In this document: positions 15,001 through 27,250 of the stretch, piece by piece
How the letters are laid out: every line of letters begins with the position of its first letter
How positions within the stretch are numbered: position 1 is the first letter of the stretch
Made by a program: the position numbers and the translations under genes
NCBI RefSeq assembly: GCF_009914755.1
Contig: NC_060930.1
Source of the DNA: the human T2T-CHM13v2.0 reference genome, Homo sapiens
Reading direction: 5' to 3' (one strand)
DNA length: 64,000 nt
Notes under the pieces: generated by a model
Databases searched by the model: none
The model's input: the letters and a program-made list of their open reading frames with translations, nothing else
Told to the model about the DNA's origin: nothing

Positions 15001-15852
15001 GGCAAAAATTTCTTGAGCAATAACTCACAAGGGCAGACAACCAAAGTGAAAATGGACAAATGGGATTACATCAAGTTAAAGGGCTTCTGCACATCAAGGG
15101 AAACAATCAAAAAAGTGAAGAGACAACCCACAGAATGGGAGACAATATTTGCAAAATATCCATCTGAAAAGGGATAATAAGCAGATTGTATAAGGAGCTC
15201 AATCAACTCTATAGGAAAAAAAAATCTAATAATTCAATGAAAAGGTGAGAAAATGATTTGAATAGACATTTATCAAAAGAAAATATCCAAATGAAAACCA
15301 GGCATATGAAAAGGTGCTCTAATTCATTGATTATCAGAGGAATGCAAATCAAAATTACAATGAGATATTATTTCTCTCCAGTTAAATTGGCTTGTATCCC
15401 AAAGACAGTCAATAAGAAATGCTGGAGAGGATGTGGAGAAAAGGGCACCCTTGTACATTTGGTAGAAGATAAATTAGTACAACTATGGAGAAGAGTCTGG
15501 AGGTTCCTCAACAAATTAAAAATAGAGCTGCCATACAACCCAGCACTTCCACTGCTGGATATGTAGGCAAAACAAAGAAAATCAGTATATCGAAGAGATA
15601 TCTGCACTCCCCTGTTTGTTTAAGCCCTTTTCATAGTAGCCAAGATTTGGAAGCAACCTAAGTGTCCATCAACAGATAAATAAATAAGGAAAATTTGGTA
15701 CATATACACAAAGGAGTACTATTCAGCCCTGAGAAAATGTGATCCTATTATTGACAACAACATGGATGGAACTTGAGGACATTATGTAAAGTAAAATAAA
15801 TCAGAATCAGAAAGACAAACTTCACAATTTCTCACTTGTATGTGGGAGCTAA
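12060..15852 (+). pseudogene. L1 ORF2 (endonuclease/reverse transcriptase) remnant with many stops and frameshifts
   Basis: Begins ATG ACA GGA GTA (MTGVSSYLSII). Endonuclease segment in ORF 12574..13014 (DIYGTFHP..PDHKEIKLEI..YQNLWD). LFADDMI at ~14135. Ends FSLVCGS*. Confidence 0.88.
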
Positions 15853-17091
15853 ACATGAAAACAATTGCACTCATGGAGATAGAGAGCAGAAGGATGGTTA
15901 CTAGAGGCCGGGAAGGAGAGTGGGGATCACGAGGGAAGTAGGGATCAGTAATGGGTACCAGAAACTATTTATGAAGAACGAATAAAAGGTAGTGTTTCAT
16001 AATACAACAGGGTGACTATAGTCAATAACAATTTAATTGTATGTTTAAAAACAACCAAAAGTGTATAACTGAATTGCTTATAACACAAATAACAAATACT
16101 TGAGGAGAATAATACCCTATTTTCCATGACAAAGGAAATTTTATTCTATATTGCTTGACTGTATCAAAGTTTCTCATGTTCATCACAAGTAGATACACCT
16201 GCTATGAACCCACACAATTAAAAAACATTAAAGATATATTTCTAAAGAGAAATGTACATCATGGGATAGGTTTATTTAATTGGCATCATTGCATTATAGA
16301 AATGACAGTGAGAGTATAAAGGAAATACACGAGTTTACAACGGTTTAGGGCTATGTAAATTTATATTTTATGACGAATGGTGGGCTGTACCCTGCATTTC
16401 CAGGAATATGTGAAATCAAGATTAGAACAAACTGATAGTAAACAGGCTTCCACTAAATCACAAGGCTTGGTTGATTGATGGTAAGGAAGGCTATACTTTA
16501 TAATTACTCTGATTCCCTAAGAGAATTTTAGGAGCTAGCCTGAAATTTAACTCTCCTGGGAAGAATTGCCAGGGCCTTGTAGAAGACACACAGTCACACT
16601 GACTCACTGACACATACACACACACACATACACAACTTATTGAAGATGCTATGTAACAAGGTAAAGGAGCCTATTGCATCAGTGCCTGGAAGTAAGCAGC
16701 AGAATTGGGACATGTCATAAAATAGAAATAATTAGAATAGCAATAGTTAACTAAATCTGCTAAGTAGTGGTGACCAAGAATTATCAGTAGAAGTTGCCTT
16801 AGCTATCCACCATGAAGGAAGGAACAGTGAGCTTCTGTAGAGTGAAGGGCTTAGTACATTCAATCAACTGATTTGGTAGAAAAGGTCTACATGTACCTCT
16901 CTTTTCTCTTTGGCTTTATATTTTAATCTGTATCTTAGGGTGGAAAAATAGAGTTAGAATTAAAGATTAACTTATATAATAACTTATATAATAAATTAAC
17001 TCTTATTCTGAGCTTGACATTTTTAGACACTTCTAGTTTACTGCCCTGTGATCTTCAACAGATAGGGCTAAATTATTACGAGCTTTATTTC

Positions 17092-17093
<2 letters not shown>

Positions 17094-17135
<42 letters not shown>

Positions 17136-17148
17136 TCTGTGTGTGTGT
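17094..17148. repeat. (TG)n microsatellite
   Basis: About 20 perfect TG units plus an interrupted extension. Confidence 0.97.
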
Positions 17149-19283
17149 TATAAAGTTTCATTGATGTCACTGAGCATGTGAAAACAACCTTTTTATTTTG
17201 AAAGAATATGAAAAATATTAAGTGTATGAGGTAGATGAAGTCTTAAAACCTAGAAATTAAATGTACTGGGGTAGTTTGGATACTCCAATTTGAGAGTTAA
17301 TTAATTGCTAATAGTTTAGCTTCTTATGAGACATAATTTCTTCAGTTTGGGTAGAGAGGATAAAAAACTAAAACAATAATTTGGAATGATAAAATCTAGT
17401 AATTGACTGAAATAAATACCGATAATTTCATAGGGGACTGTTGTGATAATTTATGTTCTTGAACATCATTGCTGGAATAACTTCCAGACCATTTTCTGCT
17501 TGAGAAAAAAGATGCTTCAAGCTGTAGCAGATGACTGGTCAACACTTAGCCAGGGCCTACTTGTCTACATAGCCATTTAAAATTCTCTCCTCTTAAAATT
17601 TATTCGAAGGAGAGAGTAGATAATTTGTTAATTACATGACTTGCTCTTTAGTGTGTTCTGCTAGAACACTTACTGAATAAAAATGGGATATTTATGTGGT
17701 ATATTTACTTCAGTTTAGTCCAAGAAAGTGTATAAGAATAAATTCTGTTGTTAGCAGGAAATGACAATTACTTTATTCTTCAGAAAACGCAAACTCTACA
17801 TCTTGTAAGTTTGCTTCCAAATCCAATTGTCATTGGTTTTTCTGGATGCTCTCTGAGTTTTTGCTATAGTTTTAAAATGTCTGAGAATTATTTTGGCATT
17901 TTCTCCATTAAACTAAAAAGACATATATCAGTACAAATCAGTTTTATATTTAATGACTAAATGTTCAACTACCACAAGACATCCTTATTTGATGCACTGT
18001 AGAATTTGGATAATTACATTGAAGTGTACAGCAGTTTAGAAGTTCAAAATTTGGCAGGTGCAGGTTTCATTAGCAGCGGTAACCCTGAAAGGCCAAAGAA
18101 TAGACCTGTAATTGTTAGTTGTATCTTTAAGCAATAAAGCATGGGGTCATTCTACCCTTAACTCACAATCAACAATTGCTGTGTAAGTTGAGTGTGTATG
18201 AAATGATTGCCCCTGCACCTAACTGTGGATGAAAAGAAAAATTAATTGATATATTTTAGAATTGTCTCTACCTAGGAACTTTTGTTTTGTTGTTGTTATT
18301 GGTCTACCTTAGATTAGAATTTGTAAATATAGATTGTCTTATACATAAAGAGCTTTTATTCATGGATATTGAGGAGTGGAGAGTGTGTCCATCTACTCAT
18401 TCATGAAATTGTCAAGATGACTCCTACTCAACTGGATCCCTAGTTAGGTGATGTTCATCTTCATTCTAAACAAAATAAAGCATGGAATTATTTAACTTAC
18501 TTTTAAATCCTCTATGAGGTAAAATTACTTGATATTCATTTGTTTCTATTCATTGTTAAATTTCACTCCCAAATTTATTGCTGTTGAGAAATAGAAATAA
18601 TGGTGTGTGTTTTTTTCTTTTATTAATTAATTCCTTTTTTTTCTTTTGATACGTGTGTGGTTTTGATGTCAGAGTTATCCTGGCTTCATAAAATAAATTG
18701 AAAAGTGTCCCATCCTCATCTATTTTGTGTATATCTTTGTGAAGGAATACTGTTAATTCCTCTTAAATATTTGGGAATCTTCAGTGGTAATTTTACTGAA
18801 GAAAATTTGGAGTGTTTTTGTGTTTTGTTTTGCTTTCACTAATTCAAGCTCATTAGGTGTTATAGGTTTATGCAGGTTTTCCGTTTCTTCTTCAGACAGT
18901 TTCCATATTTTTGTCTTTCTAGTGTTTGCTCAATTCAACTAAAGTTATAGAATGTGTTGGCATACAGTTGATAATGAGATTTTCTAATAATTTTATTTCT
19001 GTAGGACTAGTTGTGATATCTCTGATTTATTTCCCGATTTAGATATGAGTCTTCTCTCTTCTTTTTTTGTCAGTCTACTTCAAGATTTGTTAATTTTGTT
19101 GATAATTACAAAAAAATTCGTTTTGTTTTTTCTATTTTTTAAATTGTCTACATCATTTATTTTCACTCTGATGATTATTGTTTGCTTTCTCTGTCAGCTT
19201 GATTTTTACTCCTCTTGTTCTCCCTTCTTAAAGTGATGAGTTAGTTGATTTGAGATTTTCTTTTAAGATGTAGTCCTGCAGAG

Positions 19284-21877
19284 CAGCAGTCCCCAAATTT
19301 CTTGGCACCAGGGACTGGTTTCCTGACAGACAATTTTCCCCTGGATGGGTGATATGTTTGGCTCTGTGTCCCCACCCAAATCTCACATTGAATTGTAATA
19401 ATTCCCATGTGTCAAGGATAGGACAAGGTGGATATAACTGAATCATGGAAGCAATTTTCCCCATGCTGTTCTAGTAATGGTGAGTGAGTTCTCAGGAGAT
19501 CCAATGGTTTTATAAGGCGCTTACCCCTTTTTCTCAGTATTAATTCTCTGTCCTGCTGCCCTATGAAGGAGTGTCTTCCACCATTATTATAAGTTCCTGA
19601 GGACTCGCCAGTGATACAGAACTGTGAGTCAATTAAACCTCTTTTTCTTATGTATTACCCAGTCTTGGGTTTTTCCTTATAGCAGTGTGAGAATGGACTA
19701 ATACAGGAAATTTGTACCAGGAGTGGGGTGCTGCTATAAGGGTACTCAAAAATGTGAAAGTGACTTTGGAACTGGGTAACAGGCAGACGTTGGAATAGAT
19801 TGGAAGGCTAAGAAGACAAGAAAACATGGGAAAGTTTGGAGCATTCTAGTTACGAGCAATCAGAAGACAGAAAGATGGAGGGAAGTTTGGAACATCCTAG
19901 AGACTTGTTGAATGGCTTTGACCAAAATGTTGATAGTAATAGGAACAATGAAGTCCAGGGTGAGGTGGCCTCAGATGGAGATGAGGAATTTGTTGGGAAC
20001 TGGAATAAGGGTAATTTTTCCTATGCTTTAACAAAGAGACTAGTAGCATTTTGCCCCTGCCCTAGAGATCTGAGGAAAGTTGAAGTTGAGAGACATGATA
20101 TGTGGTATCCAGCAGAAGAAATTTCGAAGTGGCAAAACATTCAAGAGGAAGCAGAGCATAAAAATTTTGAAAAATTTGCAGCCTGACAATGTGATAGAAA
20201 AGAAAATTTCATTTTCTGGGGAAAAATTCAAGACGGCTACAGAAATTTGCTTAAGTTACAAGGAGGCTAATGTTAATGACAATAAGAATGGGTGCAATGT
20301 CTCTGGGGCATGTCAGAGAGCTTCACGGCTGCCACTCCCATCACAGGTCCAGAGGCCTAGGAGGGAAAAATGGTTTTGTGTGGCAGGCCTAGGATCCCCC
20401 TACTCTATGCAGCCTTGGGGCATAGTGCCCTGTGTCTAAGCTGCATCAGCTCCAGCCATGGCTAAAAGACACAAAAGTACAGCTTGGACCAGTGCTTCAG
20501 AGGATGCAAGTCCCAAACCTTGGTGGCTTCCACATGGTGTTGAACCTGTATGTTCACAGAAGTCAATGATTGAGGTTTGGGAACCACAACTTTGATCTCA
20601 GAGGATGTATAGAAATGCCTGGATGTCCAGGCAGAAGTTTGCCGCAAGGGCAGAGCCCTCATGAAGAAATTCTGCTAGGGCGGTGCAGAAGGGAAATGTG
20701 GGATTAGAGCCCCCACACAGTTCCCACTGGGGCACTGCCTAATGGAGCTGTGAGAAGAAGGCCACCATCCTCCAGACCATAGACTGGTAGATCCACTGAC
20801 AGCTTGCACTGTGCACCTGGGAAAGCCACAGACCCTCAACACCAGCCTGTGAAAGAAGCTGAGAGGGGGCTGTGCTCTGCAAAGCCACAGGGGCAGAGCT
20901 GCACAAGGCCATGGGAGTCTGCCTCTTGCATCAGCATGACCTTGATGTGAGACATGGAATGAAAGGAGATCATTTTGGAACTTTAGAATTTAATGACTGC
21001 CCTATTAAAATTTGGACTTGCATGGGCCCTTTTGTTCTGGCCATTTTCTCCAATTTAGAATTGATGTGTTTACTCAATGCCTGTACCCCACATTGTATCT
21101 AGGAAGTAACTAACTTGCTTTTAATTTTACAGGTTCATAGGCAGGTGGGACTTGCCTTGTCTCAGATGAGACTTTGCACTTAGACATTTGGGTTAATGCT
21201 GGATTGAGTTACGACTCTGGGGGACTGTTGAAGGGGCATGATTTTGTTTTGAAATATGAGGGCATGAGATTTGGGAGGGGCCAGTAGTAGAATGATATAA
21301 TTATATAGTTTGGCTGTTTTTCTCCACCCAAATCTCACCTTGAATTGGGACCAGATGTAGATAATTGAATCATGGGGGAGGTTCCCCCTTGCTGTTCTTG
21401 TGGCAGTGAGTGAGTTCTTACAATATCTGATAGTTTTATAAGGGGTGTCTCCCTTCGCTTGGCACTCATTCTCTCTACTATTGTCCTGTGAAGAGGTGCC
21501 TTCTGCCATGATTGTAAGTTTCCTGAGGCCTCCCCATCCATGTGAGTCAATGAAACCTCTTTTCTTTATAAATTACACATTCTCAGGTATTTCTTCATAG
21601 CAGCAAGAGAATGGAGATGGGGATGATTTGGGGATGAAACTGCTCTACCTCACATAATCAAACACTAGATTTTCATAAGGAACGTGCAACCATCACATAT
21701 GCAGTTCCCAGGAGGGTTCATGTTTCTATGTGAATCTAATGTGACTACTGATCTGACAGGAGGTGGGGCTCTGGTGATAAGGCTCACTTGCCTGCTACTC
21801 ATCTCCTGCTGTGTGACCTGGTTCTTAACAGACCGTAGACCAGTACTGATCCATGGCCAGGGGATTGAGGACCCCTG
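19284..21877 (+). mobile_element. MER1B (hAT-Charlie MITE) split by THE1
   Basis: 5' part CAGCAGTCCCCAAA..TTGGCACCAGGGACTGGTTTC. 3' part runs from ~21616 to GGGGATTGAGGACCCCTG. 8-bp TSD CTGCAGAG (19276-19283) / CTGTAGAG (21878-21885). Confidence 0.9.
19350..21615 (+). mobile_element. THE1 (C/D-like) MaLR element with LTR-internal-LTR structure
   Basis: 5' LTR 19350-19705 (TGATATG..GGACTAATACA), ~1.6 kb internal region (ORFs 19836..21102 are MaLR-int-like), 3' LTR 21293-21615. Flanked by GATGGG on both sides. Confidence 0.93.
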
Positions 21878-22291
21878 CTGTAGAGCCACACATTTACTTG
21901 TAAACACTGATTTAGATGCACGTCATACATTTTGGTATATTGTATTTTCGTTTTCATTCATCTTAAAATATTTTCTATTTTTGCATTTTATTTCTCCTTT
22001 GGACCATTGGTTATTTGGGAGTGTGTTGTCTGCTTTTCACATATTTTTGAATTCCCCGATTTTCTTATGTTATTGTATAAAATTTAATTTCATTTTTATT
22101 GGAAAACAGTCTTTCTGTGATGCCAATCCTCTTAACCATATGGAAGCTTTTTGGTGGTGTAACATATAGTCTATTCTGGAGAAAGTTTCAGGGGTATTTA
22201 AAAGGAAGCTTATTAATCCTTGTATTAATACAGCCACTCCCACTGTCTTTGGTTACTGATTGGACTTTATCTTCTTTCTTCCTTTTACTTG

Positions 22292-22995
22292 TGTAGGGGT
22301 GGAGGGAAAGCCTCCCTTTTTCATCTGAAGGTTAACTGCTGAAATGAACTGAAAATAAACAGATTGACACAAGAACACAGGAGTCCCACACATATGAGAT
22401 TCGACGAAGGGCCAGATGGTTAAGACTGAAATACCTTCTTCATAAAGAGGGAATTGGGGGTGCTGTAGACAGTTTTAGAGGAGTGGAAAATGATTTTTAG
22501 GAGAAATGGATAGAACCGAGGGGCAGACAATATCTTGCTAATGATTCTGTTAGGAAACTAGATAGAATTGTCAAGTTAAGGGTAAGTGAGGGTCAGAACT
22601 GCACTGTGAACAAAGTTTGTTTTATTATGTATACAAAATCTTCCTGATAATTGCTCAGAATTGCTCTTAGAAGAATAGAGGAAAACTCTATCTGAGTTTG
22701 ATGATGATATTTAGTTTCTTCTCTTTTCCAGTGGTTAATCTTTCCTGGTTATTTGATGAGATCCTTAGGGAGGGGATCTTGGGAATATTGCATTTCTTTG
22801 GGAAAGAAATTTCTTTAATGAGATAAGAAAATTTTAGAGAGAGTCATTCCTTGCACTTGGAGGGAGAAGGAACAAAATAATGTTGGAAAATTACTGGTTC
22901 CGAGGCAGCTTCAAAGACCTTCCAATTTCATTTAATTCAAGACACTCAGCCTACTTAAGTGTCATATTTTGGGGTATCCTTTTCTGAGCCCAAAC
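22292..22995 (-). mobile_element. ERV1-class solo LTR (MER39-like), ~700 bp
   Basis: The minus strand begins ..TTGGGCTCAGAAAAGGATACCCCAAAATATGAC, typical of MER39/MER67-group LTRs, and ends CCCCTACA. It interrupts the L1M. Confidence 0.7.
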
Positions 22996-24295
22996 TCTTT
23001 TTATTCCATTTACTATATTTTGAGTTACGTTATTAGTGATTATTCTAGGAAATACAATTAACATTGTAACTTAAATAATCTCATTCAGAAAAATGCCAAT
23101 TTATTTCTAATACTATATAAAAATTCTGCTCTAATAGAGCACTGTTTACTTCCTCCTTTCTGTTATCATAGTCATCCTAATAATTCATTCTTATTTATAA
23201 TCCAATCAACAAACTTTTGTAATTATTGCTTTATATTCTTGTCTTTTATGTCACATAGGAGGAGAAAAGAATTACCATAAAAATATTTTAATGCTGTTGG
23301 TTATATTTACCTGTATAGTTGCTTTTATTGTGTAGTTAGTTGTATTTCTTTGTACATGTTAAAGTTCTTGTTTAATGTCCTTTTGTTTTGGCCTGAAAGA
23401 TTGCCTTTTGTATTTTGTGGAAGGCTGGTGCTAGTAACATATTCTCTCATTTAAAAAAAATATGAACTGTTTTAATTTATCCTTTATATTTGAAGGATAG
23501 TGTTCCTTCATATAGAATTCTTGTATAAAGTTTTTCAATTCAGCACTTTAAATATGTCACCCTCTTGCCTTCTAGCCTCAGAGTTTCTGATGGAAAGTTA
23601 GCTATCAACCTTTTTGAAGATTCCTTATATATCATGAGTCATTTTGTTCCTTCTACTTTCATGATTCCCTGTTTTACTTTCAAAAAATGTGATTATGTTT
23701 TGTCTAGGTGGAATCTCTTTGAGATTAGTCTATTTTGAGTTCATTGTGCTTTCTGTGTATATAGACTAACATTTTTTAAAAACTGAATTTGGAAAGTTTC
23801 TGGCCCTAGTTTCTTTATACGTTCTTTCTGTCCCTTTCACTCTCTACTCTACTTCTAGTTTCTCTGTGTGCTATATTAATGTGCTTGTTCCTGTCTCACA
23901 GGTCTCTGGAACTCTGTTGATTTTTTTCTCCATATGTTTTCCTCTTTTTTTTCAGATTAGAACATCTCAATCGACCTATCTTCTTCATTTGTTGACTCTT
24001 TTTTCTGCACTCACACATATGAGACCCTCTAGTAAATTTTCATTTTGGCTGTGATGCTTTACAAAATCCATAATTTCTATTTAATTTTCTTATAATTTTG
24101 ATATCTTTATTTGATGAAACATTGTTTTCTACTTTACTTCTTTAGACATGGTTGTTTTTATTTCTTTGAATGTATACATAAGTTTAGTTTGTTGCATGTA
24201 TACATACACACACACACGTATATCATATATATATTAGCTGATTTGAACTCTTTGTCTAGTATGTCCAGTATCTAGACATCCATAGGGGCAGGTTT

Positions 24296-25306
24296 GTTTT
24301 CATATATACATATATAAATACACACACACGCACACACACACACACATACACAGATACGTACATATAATTTCATATATATACACTTATATATACATATACA
24401 CACACATATATATATCATATATATATATAATTTCAATAGCTTTGGGAACACAAGTGGTTTTTGGTTATATAGATGAATTGTATAGTGTTGAAGTCTGAGA
24501 TTTTAGTCAGCCCATCTCCCAAGTAGTGTACACTGTACCCAATATGTAGTTTTTTATTCCTCACCTCCCTCTCAGCCTCCCCACTTCTGAGTCTCCAGTG
24601 TCCATTATACTACTCTGTATGCCTTTGCTTACTCATAGCTTAGCTTATAAGTGAGAACATAGGGTGTTTGGTTTTCCATTCCTGAGTTACTTCACTTAGA
24701 ATGGCCCCCAGCTCCATCGACATTGCTGTACAAGACATTCTTTGGTTCCATCTATGTCTGAGAAATATTCCATGGATTTCCTATAGACCACATTTTCTTT
24801 ATCCACACATCCTTTGATGGGCATTTAGGTTGGTTCCATATCTTTGCAATTGTGAATTATGCTGTGATAAATATATGCATTCAGATGTCCTTTTTTAATA
24901 TAACAACTTATTTTCCTTTGGGTGGATACCCAGCAGTGGGCTTATGGATTGAATTGTAGATCTATTTTTGGTTATTTGAGAAATCTCCATACTAGTTTCT
25001 ATAGAGGCTGTGCTAATTTATATTCCCACCAACAGTGTATAAGTATTCCCTTTTCATCATATTCATGACAACACTTATTTTTTTTTTTTTTTGGCTTTTT
25101 AGTAATAGCTATTCTGGCTGGGGTCAAATGGTATCTCATTGTGGTTTTAATTTGCTTTTCCCCAGTGATTAGTGCTGAGTATTTTTTTCATATGTTTGTC
25201 TCTCTTCTTTTGAGAAGTGTTTATTTATGTAATTTACCTAGTTTTTGATGGGGTTGTTTTTTTTCTTACAGATTTGTTTGAGTTTTTGTGTAGATTCTGG
25301 ATATTA
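24296..25306 (-). mobile_element. L1PB-like 3' end (~0.9 kb) with its tail converted to a (TA)/(CA) microsatellite
   Basis: TTTCAATAGCTTTGGG..GTGGTTTTTGGTTA..GATGAATTGTATAGTG is the L1PB 3' terminus. Candidate TSD CATAGGGGCAGGTTT (24281-24295) / CACAGGGACAGATTT (25309-25323). Confidence 0.85.
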
Positions 25307-26779
25307 TTCACAGGGACAGATTTTAATATATGTAAAGCATGTATAGACCACACTTTCCTGTGTATTTGTGTATCTTATCATATTTTGTTGAATACTAGAC
25401 ACTTAAAATTATATAATGTCATAACTCTGGGATTCAGATCCTTACCCTTTTCCATGGTTTATTGTTGTTGTTTGTTATTGTTGTTGCTGTTGCTGATTAT
25501 TCATAGACTTTCCAAACTAATTCTGTGGAGTCTGTGTGTGTTTTTTTTTTCTTACGTAGCCACTGAAAGTTTCTGCACTGTCCAGTGAATGATTAAACAG
25601 AGACTTATAAAAATGCCTAGAATAAACAACTTCCATTTTTTGCTGAGCGACTATCTCTGTTGAAGTAATTTTGCAATGCTCTGGAAATTTACAATTCAAT
25701 CTTGGTCTTCACTTCCTGACTTTGCAGAGTCTTAATGTCAGCCAAACATGAGCGATTAAGATGTACTCAGGCCTTTCCTAGTCATGAGCACTGTCCTGAA
25801 CATATGCATAGCCTTCTAGATTCCTTTAGACCTTTCAGATCTTTTCAAAGCCCTTTATGGACTTCTCCTTTCCTTTTTAAATTCACTGGACAGACTCTTG
25901 GTGTCTCCAGCTGATTTTGCCAACTCAGGTAACTATGTGTTAAATAATTGCCACTTATTTTTTAGAGAAACACCAGGGGATAGAGCCTTCACACTGAGTG
26001 AGCTCTGAATCAGGTCAGATAAAGACAACCCTTTGAATGGGGCTTTTCCAGGGAGCTTCCAGGCAGGTCAAATAATGACAGTTCTCTGAAGATGGAGCTT
26101 TGTGGGGATTTCCAAACCCATTCTTCCCTCTCCATTGGCTGCTATCCTCCTAGTTTTCACTGTGACCATGGATATGAGGCTGCTTATTTTCTATACTCCT
26201 AGTGACCTATGAAGACAGGATGAAAATAGAATAAAGTAATCTGCCACAATGCTCAATGTTTTTCCTGAGATTCAGCAATTTTTCTTGAATAACCACTTAT
26301 TGAGTTGTTAGAAGTCTTTAGTTAATTTCCACGGTTCTGAAAAAGTTGATTTTAACAATACCTCCTATGTTCTCAGTGTTTTTATGGAGAAATAGATTTT
26401 CAGAGATCTTAACTCCACACTTTGTGGTGGTGTTAATTGTGATCTCTTGATCAATATAGTGTTTCTTAGACTTCTACATATTTTTGTTTCTTTTTAAATT
26501 AATAATTTTGTGAATGAGTTCTTTGGTACTACGAATATATCCTGTTCCTAATCAAAATTTCAATTTCTCCATTAATTTATGTATTTCTATTTTATTCAAT
26601 GGCTTATCATTTGTTACTATCATTATTTATTTTAATGCTCAGATTGTACCAGAGCCGTTAAATAGAAGCCTTTTCACCGTAACTATACTTATTGTCAATA
26701 TATTTACTTATTTAAACAAATATTCCTTTATATAACCAATTTTCCATTGCCATTGCTTTTACTTTTCTATGCCAACAAT

Positions 26780-27250
26780 CCCTTTACATTGCTTGAACTT
26801 ACACATCCCTGCCAGACCACATCCCCCACATAAACCACATGGATATTTTCCTTATCCACTCAGACTCCAAGATCTTGAGCTAAACTACTCTTCCTACAAG
26901 CACTCTTTTTACCTGCACTGACTCTAAAACCCCATATCTGATTTCTCTCACTCAGGAGTCCTCTTCTCTCTTGTGTCCTGATACTCCATGCTACACTACA
27001 TCTTCCCCCTGGGGATGCCCTTTTACCCTACTTGGGTACTTATACTTTATAGTTGGCCAAGCCCCACATAAATCCCTTTCTTACATTGTCTGAGCTCCAA
27101 CACAGTATACTCAGCTGCCTCAGCGGACAAACCTTCCTTATACCACTTGGGTTCTAATACTCTGAGCCAGATCACCCTTCTTGGCAGATACCTTGGTCAA
27201 CATGCTTGCTTGTGTTGAATACCTTGCACTTGGCCACCACAGTAGTTGAA
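26780..27250. repeat. Highly diverged ~55-60 bp tandem array, probably an ancient L1ME 3'UTR
   Basis: Recurring C-rich units of the form GGAT(G/A)CCCT(T)C(C)TTAC..CTTGGG/CTGAG-CTC..AYAC.. recognised by eye. Confidence 0.5.

Larger units (their letters stand above)
8654..16230 (+). mobile_element. Full-length LINE-1 (L1MA1/L1MA2-like), ~7.6 kb, with TSDs
   Basis: Starts GGGTAGAGCAAGATGGCTGAA, followed by a ~2 kb 5'UTR, ORF1, ORF2 and an L1MA-type 3' end. TSD AAGATATAGTTCTAA (8639-8653) / AAGATATATTTCTAA (16231-16245). Confidence 0.93.
18645..26430 (-). mobile_element. Old L1M element (ORF2 5' part, ORF1 and 5' region), fragmented by younger insertions; limits approximate
   Basis: Antisense L1M-type sequence at 18645-19275, 21886-22290, 22996-24295 and 25310-26430 (e.g. 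TTTGAAGGATAGT..TATAGAATTCTT; TTCAGCACTTTAAATATGTCA). Confidence 0.75.

Noticed and set aside
19836-21102. Cluster of 66-119 aa ORFs
   Set aside because: THE1 internal-region remnants.
21684-22169. Longest ORF in the window (161 aa)
   Set aside because: It spans the MER1B/antisense-L1 junction, has no recognisable domain and is a chance frame.
26780-27250. Periodic array as a possible CRISPR-like locus
   Set aside because: Primate DNA, degenerate head-to-tail units, no conserved repeat with unique spacers and no cas genes.
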